This document shows, in pieces, positions 24,246 through 37,572 of a stretch of 64,000 nt of DNA. Made by a program: the position numbers and the translations under genes. This stretch comes from Octopus bimaculoides (Eukaryota). Position 1 is the first letter of the stretch, and every line of letters starts with the position of its first letter. The notes beneath the pieces were generated by a model. It had not been told where the DNA came from. It saw only the letters and a program-made list of their open reading frames with translations, and did no database searches. Location of the stretch: assembly GCF_001194135.2 (NCBI RefSeq), contig NC_069000.1, positions 17,317,454-17,381,453 on the forward strand. The letters run 5' to 3'.

Positions 24246-24960
24246 GAATCCAAGGATGGTAGTAGTGGTCTTTATTGGCAAACCTTGTATTATACACGAC
24301 ATAAAACTCTCTAGTCTTTCCTTTTTTCCCCTTCATCTTAACCCTGATGAAGGATCCTGTTCAGTCAGAAACTACACCTTCTATGGCAAAATTATTTTAC
24401 TTTTTCTGTCACATTTCCAAATATATACATACATATATAAATATAACCACTGGTCTATTGCTTATTCATCTCTTTTGTATGTGAGAGACTTATTTTGCCA
24501 GAAGTCAATACTAATTAATTATTTTTTTTGTCAGAGAAGCAAACCTGAATTTAATGCAACAAAGTATATACATTTATGTATTTATATAACTCAGTTTTCT
24601 TTTCATTTTCATTTCAACTATAAGGTCCTTAATATTTATATATGTATGTGTCATTTCAATTTGGCTGAATATTTTCTGTACAATGCAACTATATTATTTC
24701 ATTAATATATTATTTAATAATATATTATTTCATTAATTGCACTATACAATTTCATTATAGAAGGAGAGAGAAAAGAAAAAAATATTTTGGCCAAGATATG
24801 ATAGGAAAGCATATTTCTAAGATTTCTTTTTTTTCTTTTGCATAATTCACTTGAAAGATTAGGTGATACACTGACACACATATTTATAGTTCATGTGCCA
24901 CTTCAACCATCTTCTGGTTTTTCAGTGCAAGAGGACAGAAACTGAGGAACTCAGCTAAAA

Positions 24961-25351
24961 TCTTTTATTCGTTTCAGTCATTGGACAGCAATCATGCACC
25001 ATGCTAGAGTATCACCTTGAAGGGTCTAGCCAAACAAATCAACCCCAGGACTTGTTTTTTTTTTTAATCTAGTCCTTATTCTATTGGTTTCTATTGCCCA
25101 ACACTAAATTACAGGGATGTAAACGAATCAATATCGGTTGTCAAGTGATCAGCAAGGAAAACACAGACACAAAGATACACATACACAATGATCTTCCACA
25201 CAGTTTCTGTCCATCAAATTCCTTCGCAAGACAAAGGGCAACCTAGGGCTAAAGTGGAAGACAACTGCTCAAGGTACCATGCAGTGGGACTGAACTCAAA
25301 ACCACATGATTGGAAAGCAAACTTCTTAAACACACAGCCTTACCTGTGCCT
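24961..25351 (-). mobile_element. SINE family C copy
   Basis: Reverse head aggcacaggtaaggctgtgtgtttaagaagtttgc, gagttcagtcccactgc B-box, tail gtttcagtcatt. Confidence 0.85.
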
Positions 25352-26464
25352 AGGAGTATATTTTCTTTATTAATTAATAATTATTTCTAACAACTGAAAT
25401 ATATGCAAAATTGAGAGCACAAAATGCAAATTTGATCTGAACGAAAGATTATTTGTTATACCAACACATGTTTTTAAAGTGCATATGTTATTTTAATGGA
25501 TTATTTGTTTTTTTTTTGGCTGTGAGCACAGAAACAATAGAACTCAACTTTTCTTTTATACAATTTTTAAAAATTAATAAATAATTATTTCAAACAATTA
25601 GAATATATGCAAAAATCAAGAGGACCAAATATGCAAATTCTGTTGAAAGATTAGCCAAGACATGAACAAGTATATTTATAGTTCATGCTATCTCAACAGA
25701 CTGTCGCTTGGCTAATAATTATTCCTAACAATTGAAATATATACAACATTGGGATGAATAAATGGACAACTGCTACCAGGAACAAAAATTAACTGAGACA
25801 GTGATGAATATTTTATACCAGGGATATTCAACTCCGTGTCATAGCACAGTCCATTTCATGACCAAATTAGTAGCAGCTCATCAAATTCACTTCCTGGGAG
25901 GATGAGTGGGAACTCAGCAACATTAAAAATAACAGTTCCCAAAGCAAATGTAGAAGCTGTACACAGTAAAGAAGGCATCAAAATCAATCACAAGAGATTG
26001 TGACATTGGCATCTCTCTCCAATCTGGAAGGCCTCTTGTCATCTCAACATAGAAGCTTTGAAAACTCCCATCTCTTCCATCATGCTAATGAAACTCACTA
26101 GTGAATGTTCCTAGGGTTTCATCTAATTCTCCAAAATTCAACTGGCAATCCACAAGGAGTGACAAAGATAGGACTGAAATCTTCAATTACAACTGGACTC
26201 ATTGGTAGTAAAAGTGTGAAGATCATTTTTATAATGAATTAGAGACAACATCTGAATTTAGTAGCTACTTTTGTGACTGAACATCTCTAGTGAATGTGTT
26301 GTTATTCCCGTACCTGATAAGGATTTAGAAAATGAAATGATGTCACAGGTTACAAGTGAAACAAAGAGCTTCGAGACATTTTACAATTTATAAGTATACA
26401 CAGGAAATTACAGACCATGAAAAGAAAAGCATCAAGAGAAGAAAGAATTTAGGAACACCTGAAC

Positions 26465-26890
26465 AAGGTTAGAAAGTCTCATTAGCATATAAAGAAAACA
26501 AGGTTAAAGTGAGCTTCATTAGCATATGAGAATGAGGGTCAGAGAGAGCCTCATTATCATAAGAGGACAATAGGATTGAAGAAGGCCTAATTAATATATG
26601 AGGAAGAGAGAGTGTCATTATTAACATATGAAGAAAGTAGAGTAGGAAAAGGCCCCATCGACATGAGAAAGCAAGGTTAGAAAGATCCTCATTAACAAAT
26701 AAAGAAGACATAATAAGGGAGGGCTTCATTAGAATATGAAGAAAACAGGGTAAGAGAGGGCTTTATTTGAAAAAGACATCATAAAGGAAATGTCTCATTA
26801 ACATATGAAGAAAGTAGGGTATGAAAAGGTCTCATTAACATACAAGAAAGGCAAGTTAAAAAAAAAGACTCATTAACATATGAAAGAATA
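26465..26890. repeat. Degenerate ~36 bp minisatellite, about 12 units
   Basis: Unit consensus approximately ctcattaacatatgaagaaagtagggttagaaagg. Confidence 0.85.
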
Positions 26891-27316
26891 GATTATATAG
26901 TATAAAAGACAAGGATATGGAAAATGTAAATTTCTAATTTATACAATAAACTGAAAATTTGACAATTTTACTTGGTGCAAAATTTAATTAAAGACGCATC
27001 TAATACTGATTACATTTGACTAAATACAAGATCGATATTTTATCAGAGTGGGGCACAGCTGTTTCATAACAACCACAATATATTACAGATATTTATTCAA
27101 GCCAATAAAAGAGCTACTAGCTGGTTCCTCAATCTGCAAGAAATAACAACCAAATGTCCCTCAAATAATGCCTACCAGTTTAAAAAAGAAGACAGCACAT
27201 TAGAAAACACAGACCTTAGATAATCCTAAAAAGGCAAGTGGGTTATAGTTGGAACACTTTTCATGATAGATCTGCTGGATCAAGGTTGACCTGGACAAAC
27301 CAACAACAATAATAAT

Positions 27317-27500
27317 CCTTTCTAATATAGGCACAAGACCTGAAATTTTACAGGAGGGACCTAGTCAATTACATCAACACCAGTGTAGAACTGGTACTTT
27401 ATTTTATCATTCCTGAAAGGACAAAAGGCAAAGTTGATCTCAATGAGATTTAAGCTTAGCATGTAAAGAGTAGGGAAAATGACTGAGAATTTTGTCTAAC
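27317..27500 (-). mobile_element. SINE family A copy (diverged, head degenerate)
   Basis: ggcacaagacctgaaatt tail and actggtacttt...aaaggcaaagttga core in reverse. Confidence 0.75.
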
Positions 27501-27876
27501 AAACCTGTTCATCGTGGAACCCAAAACTCAGAACTGAGAGGGATGAAACAGTACTCTTCTTGCGAAATCGTGGCCACTTACCACAGCATAACACACTAGG
27601 TTTGGTACACTACAGTTTTAACCATCAAAGTATTTATTGTTGTACCTTGGTAGAAAAGAATAAACCATAAAAAGCTGCCAAAATTGACAAAATTCCATCT
27701 TGTCAACACATGTTGAAATAGAACAGTCTGATAGGGAGCTTTAAACTCAGGTGGTTAATATAAGGCAAAGTTGTTGTTTAACCCCAGATAGTCCTGATCT
27801 AGCAGTCTTATGATCACCAGTGTTATAGCCATAACCATTTTGGCTTCTTTTTTTTATTCAGTTAGAGCATCTTCAG

Positions 27877-28089
27877 CCCTTTAGAATTTGGGTAATTCTG
27901 TCTAATGTAATGTTTATTTATGCACGTTATTTTGAATTAGCATGCATTATCTTTTTGTGTTGAGATTTCAATGATTTTTATTTTTAGTATGACATTGTAG
28001 GGTAGGCATGAGAGGCTGAATATGGCCAATCTGTACATAAAACGGGTATAATATTTGGGCCAGATATGGCCAGTTTAAATGCTAAAGGG
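27877..28089 (-). mobile_element. piggyBac-like MITE family 2
   Basis: Termini ccctttagaattt / aaatgctaaaggg followed by TTAA on the right; body matches 14132-14310 and 59188-59802. Confidence 0.7.
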
Positions 28090-28875
28090 TTAAACTACAT
28101 CATCCTATATTTTTTTCTGTTTTTTTAAAGGTGTGATTTGAGAGCTGTTTGACTCCTAGTTCTAACATGCCAAATAACAAGTCAGTGGACCCTGCATTGG
28201 CTTGGAATGATAGTACTGTTTAGCCCCAAGTAAACTCTAATCCAACAAACCTATATTCAAAGATTTTTCAGCAGTGACTATTCCTTCTTTTATTGAGACA
28301 ATGTTATATCTAGAGTGACATTATCAAATGTGTCCTTTCATTTTAAAGACATTGGATTAAGGTGTTTGTGACTAGATGAAAGATTTAGCAGCTTCAGAGA
28401 TTACATAGAAGTACCCCCCCACCAACTCGTTATCTTGCGCCAAGTAAAGTTTGGAGACATGTTTGCTATATGAGATTCTTATAGTAGATACAACACTTGA
28501 AAAGTTGTCAATGTCAATGACAACAGAAAGACATAAAAAAGAAAAACAGTTTAAAAAACAAGCAATATCAAAATTCAATAAAAGGACATTAATAAAATAA
28601 ACACAAGAGAGCCAATGCTAATGTAAATTTTAAAAAACAAAATTTTACTTAAATGAATCCCAGAAACAGTATTGTTATTTATAAACAAAACCTTTTCCTA
28701 TCTTTTCATTTATCTGCTCAATCCTCTGTTAAAGTCGAAACAGTAATTCTTTTAATGCTGAATGCGAAATTAAGGTTTTGTAGAACTTCGGTGCATATTT
28801 CCCTGAGAGGAAAGGGCTTGATATTTTGTTTTGTCTTGTGTTTGTTTTAATTTTAGATTATGGTTTTGTGCTTTA

Positions 28876-28940
<65 letters not shown>

Positions 28941-29156
28941 TTGGTTGTAAATATGATGTGCTCTTTGCAACACATTACCGTATAACAACAATGGAGATGG
29001 AAAATCGACAGGAATTGAAACTGAGAAGTCTATTATCATAACAGTAATTTCAAAATGATTAGAAAACAGGTTATTTGAATTTCCTTTGCATCATAATGTG
29101 TGTGTGTCTTTACATATGTATATACATATGAATTTTATTTGCATATTTATTTGTGC

Positions 29157-29215
<59 letters not shown>

Positions 29216-29854
29216 TGTATGTATGCAAGTAATTATATATGAATATGTATATATTTATGCGTATAAGTATGTGCATAGATATATAATATATATATTTGTG
29301 TGTGTATGTGTGTGTGTGTGTGTGTGTGTAAGTGTGTCTGCAATACAAATTAAAGGGCAAGCAGTGAGTGTAGTTGGTGCTGGGAAGGGGTAGAAGAAAG
29401 GACAAGGGTCAATAAACAAAAAACATACATAAACACAAACATACATAAATAAGCACATATAAACACACACACAAACACACATATATAAACACAGACAAAT
29501 ACACAAGTATAAACAAACTCAAACATAAAGATACAAAACACAAAAACAAAAAATAAGAACCTCCCATAAGTATTGGTATTTGAAAGATTTATGATTATTT
29601 TCTAATCAGAACCAAGTTATGAAAATGCTCAATGAAGGATGAGAGATTGAGAGAGAGAGAGAGAGAGAGGAAGAGAAAGAGAGAAAGGTATGTGAGAGTG
29701 AGAGAGAGAGAAAGAGAGAGAGATAGAAAGTGGGATCGAGTAAAAGAGACAGAAAGCTGTTGGAATTATGGAACTAAAAAGGCTTATTGGCAAAGAGAGA
29801 CTAAGACAAAGCGTGAGTATGTGAGAGTATGAGAGAGACAAAGAAAGCTAGGTG

Positions 29855-29895
<41 letters not shown>

Positions 29896-29991
29896 ATGCG
29901 TGCACGTGCACAGACATATATGCATATAAATACACATACATGCATATATGCATATTTATAACATGTATATACATATACACGCATACATATA

Positions 29992-30040
<49 letters not shown>

Positions 30041-30082
30041 AACATATGCATATATATATATATACATTTACATACATGCATA

Positions 30083-30127
<45 letters not shown>

Positions 30128-30829
30128 ATATATATATACTTACATGTATGCGCACACACAGAGACAAATGGGGTGGAGAAATATATAGATAGACAGTAAC
30201 AGAAATTGGTAGGCAGAGAGAGGGAGTAGATGGCATTATGGAACCCAAAAGGCTTATTGGCAGAGAGAGAGAGAGAGACTAAGACAGGGTGTGTGCATGC
30301 ATGTGCACGCATGCAAGTGTGCATGTGTGTGTGTAAGCAAGAAATAGATACAGAGAGTAAGACAGAGAAAGAGAGTTATGGTGAGTGATGAGATACACTG
30401 ACAGAGTGAGATAGATACGTAGATTGATAGCAAGACTAAGAGAGATTGATAAGCAAAGAGGCAGAGATAGTAAGAGGAGCTGCAGTTATAGAAGTAAAAA
30501 GGGAAGCTTAGAAAGAGCTGGGGGTAGGACTGGGAAGAATTGGTCAGCTTATGCAACAGTTGAACAACATCAAACTGTGGCGGTGATAACAACAACCTCA
30601 ACAAATACATCCGAACAGCAACAACAACAACTATGACATGAACGCCATCAACAACAACAAGGAAATTACTGGGAAGTCGGAGTGGCAATTGTAAAAGCAA
30701 ACTGAATTTCAGTAAAATGCCATTTACATACATACATATATGAATAAAAGATGAGGATGGGAGAAAAAAAAAAAAAAACTGTGCAAATTTTCAATGGTGA
30801 ATTACACTACAGAATATATAAATGGACAG

Positions 30830-31440
30830 ACACAGAGGTGGGAGGAGGGGGACAAAGGATGAAATGGCAGTGGTGGTAGTATAGTGGTAGACAGATATAG
30901 AAGTGGTGGGAAGGAGGGAGGGAGATGGAGAAGAAGGTGATGGTGAAGAAATATAGAAGTGGTAGGAGAAAGGTGGTGGTGGTGGTGGTGAACAGATATA
31001 GCGGTGGGAGCAGGAGATGAAGAAAGGTGATAGTGGATAGATATAAAAAAAAATGGTGGGAGGGAACAGAAAGGGAGAGGGGGTGAAGGGGTGATGTAGG
31101 GGGATGAGAAGGTAGTGGCAGAGGATAGATATAGTGGGATGGGAAGAGATTGGGAGACAGATAGTAATGGAGTGATGTGATAGTGGTGATTGTAGTGGTG
31201 GTCAAATACGGACACGTGGGGAGGAGGGGAAGTCAGGGGGATGATAGTGGTGTGGTAGTGATGGTGTTAATTTATAGAAGTGGTGGGGAGTGCAGGGAGA
31301 AACACAAATATAGAAGTGGTAGAAGAGTATGAAGAGAAAGGAGTGGACAGATATAGAATTGGGTATGGGGGGGGGGGGGGGGGGAGGTAGAGGAAAAAGA
31401 TGATATAAAATGACAGATAAAACTGGTAGAAGGAGAGGAA
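30830..31440. repeat. Purine-rich cryptic repeat with a recurring atatagaagtggt core
   Basis: Core recurs about 8 times at 40-90 bp spacing within G/A-rich sequence. Confidence 0.65.
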
Positions 31441-31626
31441 ACATTTTTTAAAAGAAAAAACTTTCTCTACTACCACTGGCATCCCCACACCCATGACAGA
31501 CTGACAGTGTAAGAGACAAACTAGAGACAGAGATAGACAGATATTGAGAAACTCTCTCTCTCTCACACACATACACACACACACACACACAGAGGCAAAA
31601 CAATTTACTATTGTTTAATAGATAGT

Positions 31627-31660
<34 letters not shown>

Positions 31661-31801
31661 CACATACATGTGCAGAGTCACTCAATAACTCATAGACAGA
31701 TATAAATAAACTATTCTATGCTTCCTATAGACACACATCAGCCTGATATAAAAGTTATTACACCTCAGACTAACATACACACGTACTAAAAGTTAGCACA
31801 G

Positions 31802-31847
<46 letters not shown>

Positions 31848-32721
31848 GTTATAATGGCTGATAATATACACATGCACATGTACACTTTCAGAAGTCACCA
31901 GAACTTATAGACACACACACACACACACACACTCATACACCTACAAAAGTTACTAGAGCTCATACATAAACATGTATACATACACCTGTAGGACTCACTA
32001 TAGCTAATATGTAGCCAGAAACACATACGCACTATAGTCTTTACACAAATACAGACACAAAGAGTACATCATCTCATGTCCTCTCTAACACACACGCGCA
32101 CATACAGAAAACAGCTACATCACACACACACACATGCATACAAATACATTGCATACACACACATCTCATATATATATATATATATATACAAAACAAAAGG
32201 AAAGAAAACAAGAATACAAAAAAAAAAGGAAATAAATAAATGCCATATTGAAATGAATGCAAATTGGATTGGCGTTAAGAGCTGCTTAATGTTAACATAT
32301 GCACCATAAATATGCATGTAGCTTTGCTAGGCACTACATTAAAGCTAAGTCACGTCTGACAGGCAGTCGAGCAGGCACCAAGCACAAGGAAGGGCCTCAA
32401 CAGATTTATCTTTAAACACTGCTACATATTCAACCAGTGCCACTACTATTACTAATAAATCTATTATTGTAATCATTACTACAACTCTTGTTATTAGTAC
32501 CACTGTTAGTATTACTACTGCTTAAACAACTATTACTACATCCCGTGTTCAAATCTCAACAAAGTTGATAAAATAAATCGCAAGTCAAATACTAGGGAGC
32601 CAATATAATCGACTGTAAATCCTCCACCCACAAATGTGTGGGTCTCATGTCAGTGATAGAACAACCATCATTTTAGCCTTGTACCTAGATTAGAAACACT
32701 TGTTATTATTATCATTATTAT

Positions 32722-33875
32722 TAAGGTTGCAAGCTGGCAGAATTGTTAGCGTACCAGGCAAAATGCTTCACAGCATTTCGTCCATCTCTACATTTTGAGT
32801 TCAAATTCTGCTGAGGTTGACTTTGCTTTTCATCCTTTTGAGGTCAATAAAATAAGTACCATTTGATCACTAGAGCTGATTTCATTGAGCTGGCAGAATC
32901 ATTAGCATGCTGGGCAAAATGCTTAGCTGCATTTCTTCCAGTTTTATATTCTGAATTGAAATGCTGCTGAGGTCAACTTTGCCTCCCATCCTTCTGGGGT
33001 CAATGTACTCAAATTACCCCTTCCCCGAAATTGCTGGCCTTGTGCCAAAATTTGAAACCATTATTTTTATTATTATTATTATTATCATTATTATTATTAT
33101 TATTGTTATCATATAAGGTGGTGAGCTGGCAGAATCGTTAGCATGCTGGACAAAATGCTTAGTGGTATTTTACCTGTCGCTCCATTCTGAGTTCAAATTC
33201 TGCCGAGGTCAATTTTGCCTTTCATCCTTTCGGGATCAATAAATTAAGTACCAGTGAAACACTGGGGTTGATATAATCGACTAGTCAACTCCCCCAAATT
33301 TCAGGCCCTGTGCCTAGAGTAGAAAGGATTGTTATTATATGCGATTAAACTACCTCCAAATTTCAGGTCATGTGTCTATAGTAGAATCAATGATATCAAC
33401 TAACCCTTTTCTTTAAAGCTGCTGGCCTTGTGCTAAATTAGAAATAATTATTTGTGATTAAATGACAGAACCATTAGCACATCAAACATGTTGCTTAGTG
33501 ACATTTCTTCCAGGTCTTTATATTCTGAGTTCAAATCCTGACAAGATCAAATTTGCCTTTCATCCTTTCAGGGTCGATATATCAAAGTACCGGAGTCAAT
33601 GCAATTGACTCGCCCCCTTCTCTCAAAATTTCAGGCTTTGTGCCTATAAGTAGAAAGAATTATTTTTTTCTAAGGCAGCAAGCTAGCAGAAATGTTTAGA
33701 ACACCAGACAATATGTTTAGTGGCATTTCTTCCAGCTTTAGGTTCTGAGTTCAAAATCCAACAAAGTCAACTTTGCTTTGCATCTTTTCAGGGTCATAAA
33801 ATAAGTACCAGTTAAGCACTGAAGTCAATGTAATCAATTAACCCCTGCCTTGTGCCTACAGCAGAAAGAATTATT
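32722..33875 (+). mobile_element. Head-to-tail array of five SINE family A copies plus tail remnants
   Basis: Heads at about 32722, 32887, 33113, 33462 and 33671, each with a B-box-like gagttcaaa/gaattgaaa and the core; some separated by (ATT)n. Confidence 0.9.
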
Positions 33876-34599
33876 ATTATTATTTATTCTAGTCAGAAGA
33901 ATTAAAAATGAGAAGGAACTTTAAGTGGTTGTGAGGTTGAGATGCTAATCTACTGATCTCATGACTATAAGTTCAGATCATACTACAGCTATTGTGAAGA
34001 ACATCTGTAGGCAAAATATGGTCAAACAAGGAAGAAACCACATGGTGTGGTTTGAATGTTAAAAAGGCCCCAATAACCAAGTGACATGGGTTATAGTTGT
34101 GGTCTTAAACTGGACGTGTTAGGCTTTCTTCTACATATTTCAACTATAAACTTTAACACTTTAAAAAAACTACCAGCATTGTCAGTCACTGTCATCATCT
34201 CCATCATAAGTACAAACATCAACATCACAAACACAGTCATCATCGTAATCATCATTACAACCACAATCACCATTATCAGAACTGCAACCATCATCATAGC
34301 TTCAAAATTCCTCATCAACATAATCATCACAACCATAACCATATCATTCCCATATTCACATTTGCCAGTATCATTAGCTGCCTTGTTGCTACCACTGCCA
34401 CCACTAACATCAATATATTCATATTTTATACCAAGTTCCAGACAGCTACTTTGACATTATAATATTGCAGTTTCAGCTGGTTTAGAAGGATTTAGAGAAT
34501 TTGTTTTTGGCATTAGAAAGAAGCTTATTACCATAATAGTAGTAATAGTTGTTACTGGTGTACAATTAATTATGTAATTAAATTGAACACACAGCAAAC

Positions 34600-34927
34600 A
34601 GAATTGGTAGAGTGTCAGACTCAGTACCCTGCAATATTTAGCTTTATCCTTTTGGTTTTGAGTTCAATTTCTGTCAAGTTCGACTTTGCTTTTCATCCTT
34701 CTGTGATTAATAAAATAAGTAGTAGCCACATACTAGATTAAGTTGATTATACTCTTCCTCCAAAATTTGTGGTCTAGTACCCAAATTACTCTATTTTATC
34801 CACCCCTAAAGGATGACAAGCAAAAGTTGACCTGAGCTTACTGGGATTTGAACTCAGATATTAAAAGGCCAAAACAAAAATTACAAGACATTTTGCTTCA
34901 CACTCTGCTGAATCTGCCAACCCTGCC
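34600..34927. mobile_element. Tail-to-tail inverted pair of SINE family A copies (34600-34787 +, 34789-34927 -)
   Basis: tttgagttcaat...cgactttgcttttcatcc on +, and ggatgacaagcaaaagttgacc...tttgaactcaga on -. Confidence 0.8.
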
Positions 34928-35372
34928 ATCATTGAAAGACATTCAAAACACTTTTCAAATTCTATGCAATATTTTCTATAAGTATCTCATTTTGTTCACT
35001 TTCTTTTTCATAATCATGATTATTATTTGAATAAGCATTTATTTAGTCATATGCAAATTTTACTCATATACAAATTGTATGTTGAACTTTCCAAAACAAC
35101 TTTTGATTTTCTTTGTCAACTTGTATATTAGCATTTCACTGTAAAACTATTGAAATAGAAAGTTTGTCTTGTTTTTTTTTTTTAACATGCATGATTCTTT
35201 AGTGAACAATTGGAGAAGAATCTTCATTTTATGTTATTTTTTCTTAATTTTAATTCCAAACCCCCTAAAATAACATTTATATTTCTTTGCCAACTCATAT
35301 TTTAACATTTTTGCAAAAATAATTTGCACAAAAATTTATCTGCATGTAGGATATGCATTGCCCCTCCGATGC
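34923..35372. repeat. Unclassified AT-rich dispersed repeat (copy 2 of 17619-18200)
   Basis: Colinear high-identity match with internal indels. Confidence 0.85.
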
Positions 35373-36358
35373 CCTTCTTTTTTTTTCATATTTTTTATTC
35401 CCTTGGTTACACCCTCAAGTTCTTCAAGTGGAACTTGAGAAAACTGAAAGGTAGAGAGAGAGAGGCACTGCCTTCTAATATGTTTAATGAAAGGTGGGGA
35501 AGAGTGGTGGGAAGACTGGTATGGCTGATTGGACCTACCCTGAGTAAGTTTTTCTAAGTAGGAGGAAAGGGTACCAAGATAGCAGAGTCATTAGAACATC
35601 AGAAAAATCAGAATCATTAGAGCTTCAGAAAAAGCATTTAGGCCAAATCATAAGCTATATACCTCAGATGATTTTTGACCTTCTGTCACTGTGAAAATCA
35701 TTGGCAGAACACCATGCAGAAGTGAGATAAAGCTACAACTAGATAGGCTGCCAACATCTCTCAAAGTAACACAATCTGAAAATCTCATAGTTGTTCCAGG
35801 TGAACTGAGACAATGTACAAGTGAAATGCCCAAAACACATAATAGAACACAAGACATATATAATAGAACATGACTCCTACAATGTGCCAGTCCAATACAG
35901 TTCACAGATGTCACAGTATTTAATCAGTTATTTATTGCATTTAATTCAAAGAATTCTTTACTTGAATAATGTGTATATGAGTGTGTGTCTCACACACACA
36001 CACACACACAATCTATAGGAATGTGAGACACTCTTATATGGAGAATATATCATTTTCTTACTCCTCCAAAGCTTTAAGTCTTGTGATACTTATGTAAATA
36101 TTCGATATCACCAATACTGTTTCCATCACTGTCTTTCTGTTGACACAGGTTAACTTAACTTTTCTGAATTCTGTTCAAACAGACTTACATCAAGTATTCC
36201 TCCATTCCTCCCTCGCTAGCTCTCTTTCTCCTCCCACTCTCCCTCTTTCTTTCTCACTCTCCTACCACTCTCTCTGCTAAACAACCATCTGCTATCAACC
36301 TTCAACACTTTTTTGATTCGGCTTATAAAAGGTTCATTTGCATATCGATTGTGTGTGC

Positions 36359-36391
<33 letters not shown>

Positions 36392-36694
36392 TGCATGCAC
36401 GTGTGTGTGTGTGTTTCTCTCTCCCTCTCAACATACACCAACAAAGACCTGTGAGAATGTTGCACACCTGTTCCATCAAATAGCAATCTCTGAATATCAA
36501 AATGAAACCTTCTAGTGACAAAACAATAGTTCAACAATTAGTTGTGTAATTCCATGGCTGATTTGATGGACTAGTTAATGAAAATACTTTCACAAAAATA
36601 CAATAATTATCTGTGATTCAATGAAATAACTTCTATGTTAACAGTGGTATGAATGATATTATGATGATCAAATTTTCCTTAAAGACAATATTTT

Positions 36695-36925
36695 GCTGTA
36701 TACTCAACCCGCTAGGAGTATAACACCTATACAACTTAATACTCAATCTACAAGGAGTCTTACTTCCACTGTGGTGTACTCCACCTGCTATGGGCCTTAC
36801 CTCTACACTGTTGTACACTCAATCTGCAGGAACCCTTACATCTATTCTCTTTTGTACTCAACCTGCTATAGACTTATGTCTACACTTTTGTGTACTAAAT
36901 GTGTTAAGGGTCCTACCTCTCAGTG
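36695..36925. repeat. Degenerate ~39 bp minisatellite, 6 units
   Basis: Units approximately tgtactcaacctgcta.gg..cttac.tctaca; gives the 13-aa periodicity in ORF 36693-37064. Confidence 0.75.
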
Positions 36926-37012
36926 GAATTTTCATAGAAACTTCACACAGAATAATAATCATCTTTCATTGCTACAATGTCAGAAATTATTAAAAGGAGT
37001 AGATGCATACCA

Positions 37013-37179
37013 CTCATCATCATCATCATCGTTTAACGTCCACCTTCCATGCATGTATGGGTAGGACAGTCGACAGAAGCCAACCAGGTAGAAGACTACC
37101 CCCGGCTACTGTGTCTGTTTTGGTAGAGTTTTTACAGCCGGATGCCCTTCCTAACACCAACCACTCTGTAGAGTGGACT
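37013..37179 (-). mobile_element. RTE LINE 3' tail
   Basis: (CAT)n-cgtttaacgtccaccttccatgc...gatgcccttcctaacaccaaccactct is the reverse of the LINE 3' end. Confidence 0.85.
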
Positions 37180-37404
37180 AAGATATACTTAATGGAATTA
37201 ACTCTAGCATACACCTGATACTTAATTTATTGCCTCAGGAAGGCTAAAAAACGGAAAGGTGACTAAGGAGAGATTTGAATGTGGAACGCAGAGAAGATGA
37301 CACTAAATATTGCAAAGTGCTCGATTATTTCTACAAATACACCAAAGACTCCACTCATAGAAAGGATTGATTACAGTGATACAAAGCCACAAATTTCCAG
37401 GGAA

Positions 37405-37572
37405 CAAGGAGGGAGATATAACAAATTGAATAAACTGGTACTTTATTTTACAAGACCTTGGAAGGGTGAAAGGCAAAATTGGTTTGAATAAGATTTGAAC
37501 TCAGAATGTAAAGAGAAGTAACTAAATACTGTGAGACATTTAATTCAGTACTCTACCAATTCTGCTATCTAC
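37405..37572 (-). mobile_element. SINE family A copy (diverged)
   Basis: actggtactttatttta...gaaaggcaaa...tttgaactcagaatgta. Confidence 0.75.

Noticed and set aside
24340-24380. CTGATGA-AGGATC...GTCA-GAAAC hammerhead-like motif on the plus strand
   Set aside because: Canonical first core half, but the stem II closing pair is broken and no stem III/NUH or stem I partner follows. At best a dead Penelope-terminal relic.
25780-26320. GC-richer block with protein-like short frames and a minus-strand acceptor-like site
   Set aside because: All six frames are interrupted by stops and no motif was recognisable; possibly an old TE.
32404-32465. ~55 bp similarity to 39520-39580, resembling a duplicated splice acceptor
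   Set aside because: All downstream frames of the second copy close quickly; more likely a small repeat fragment.
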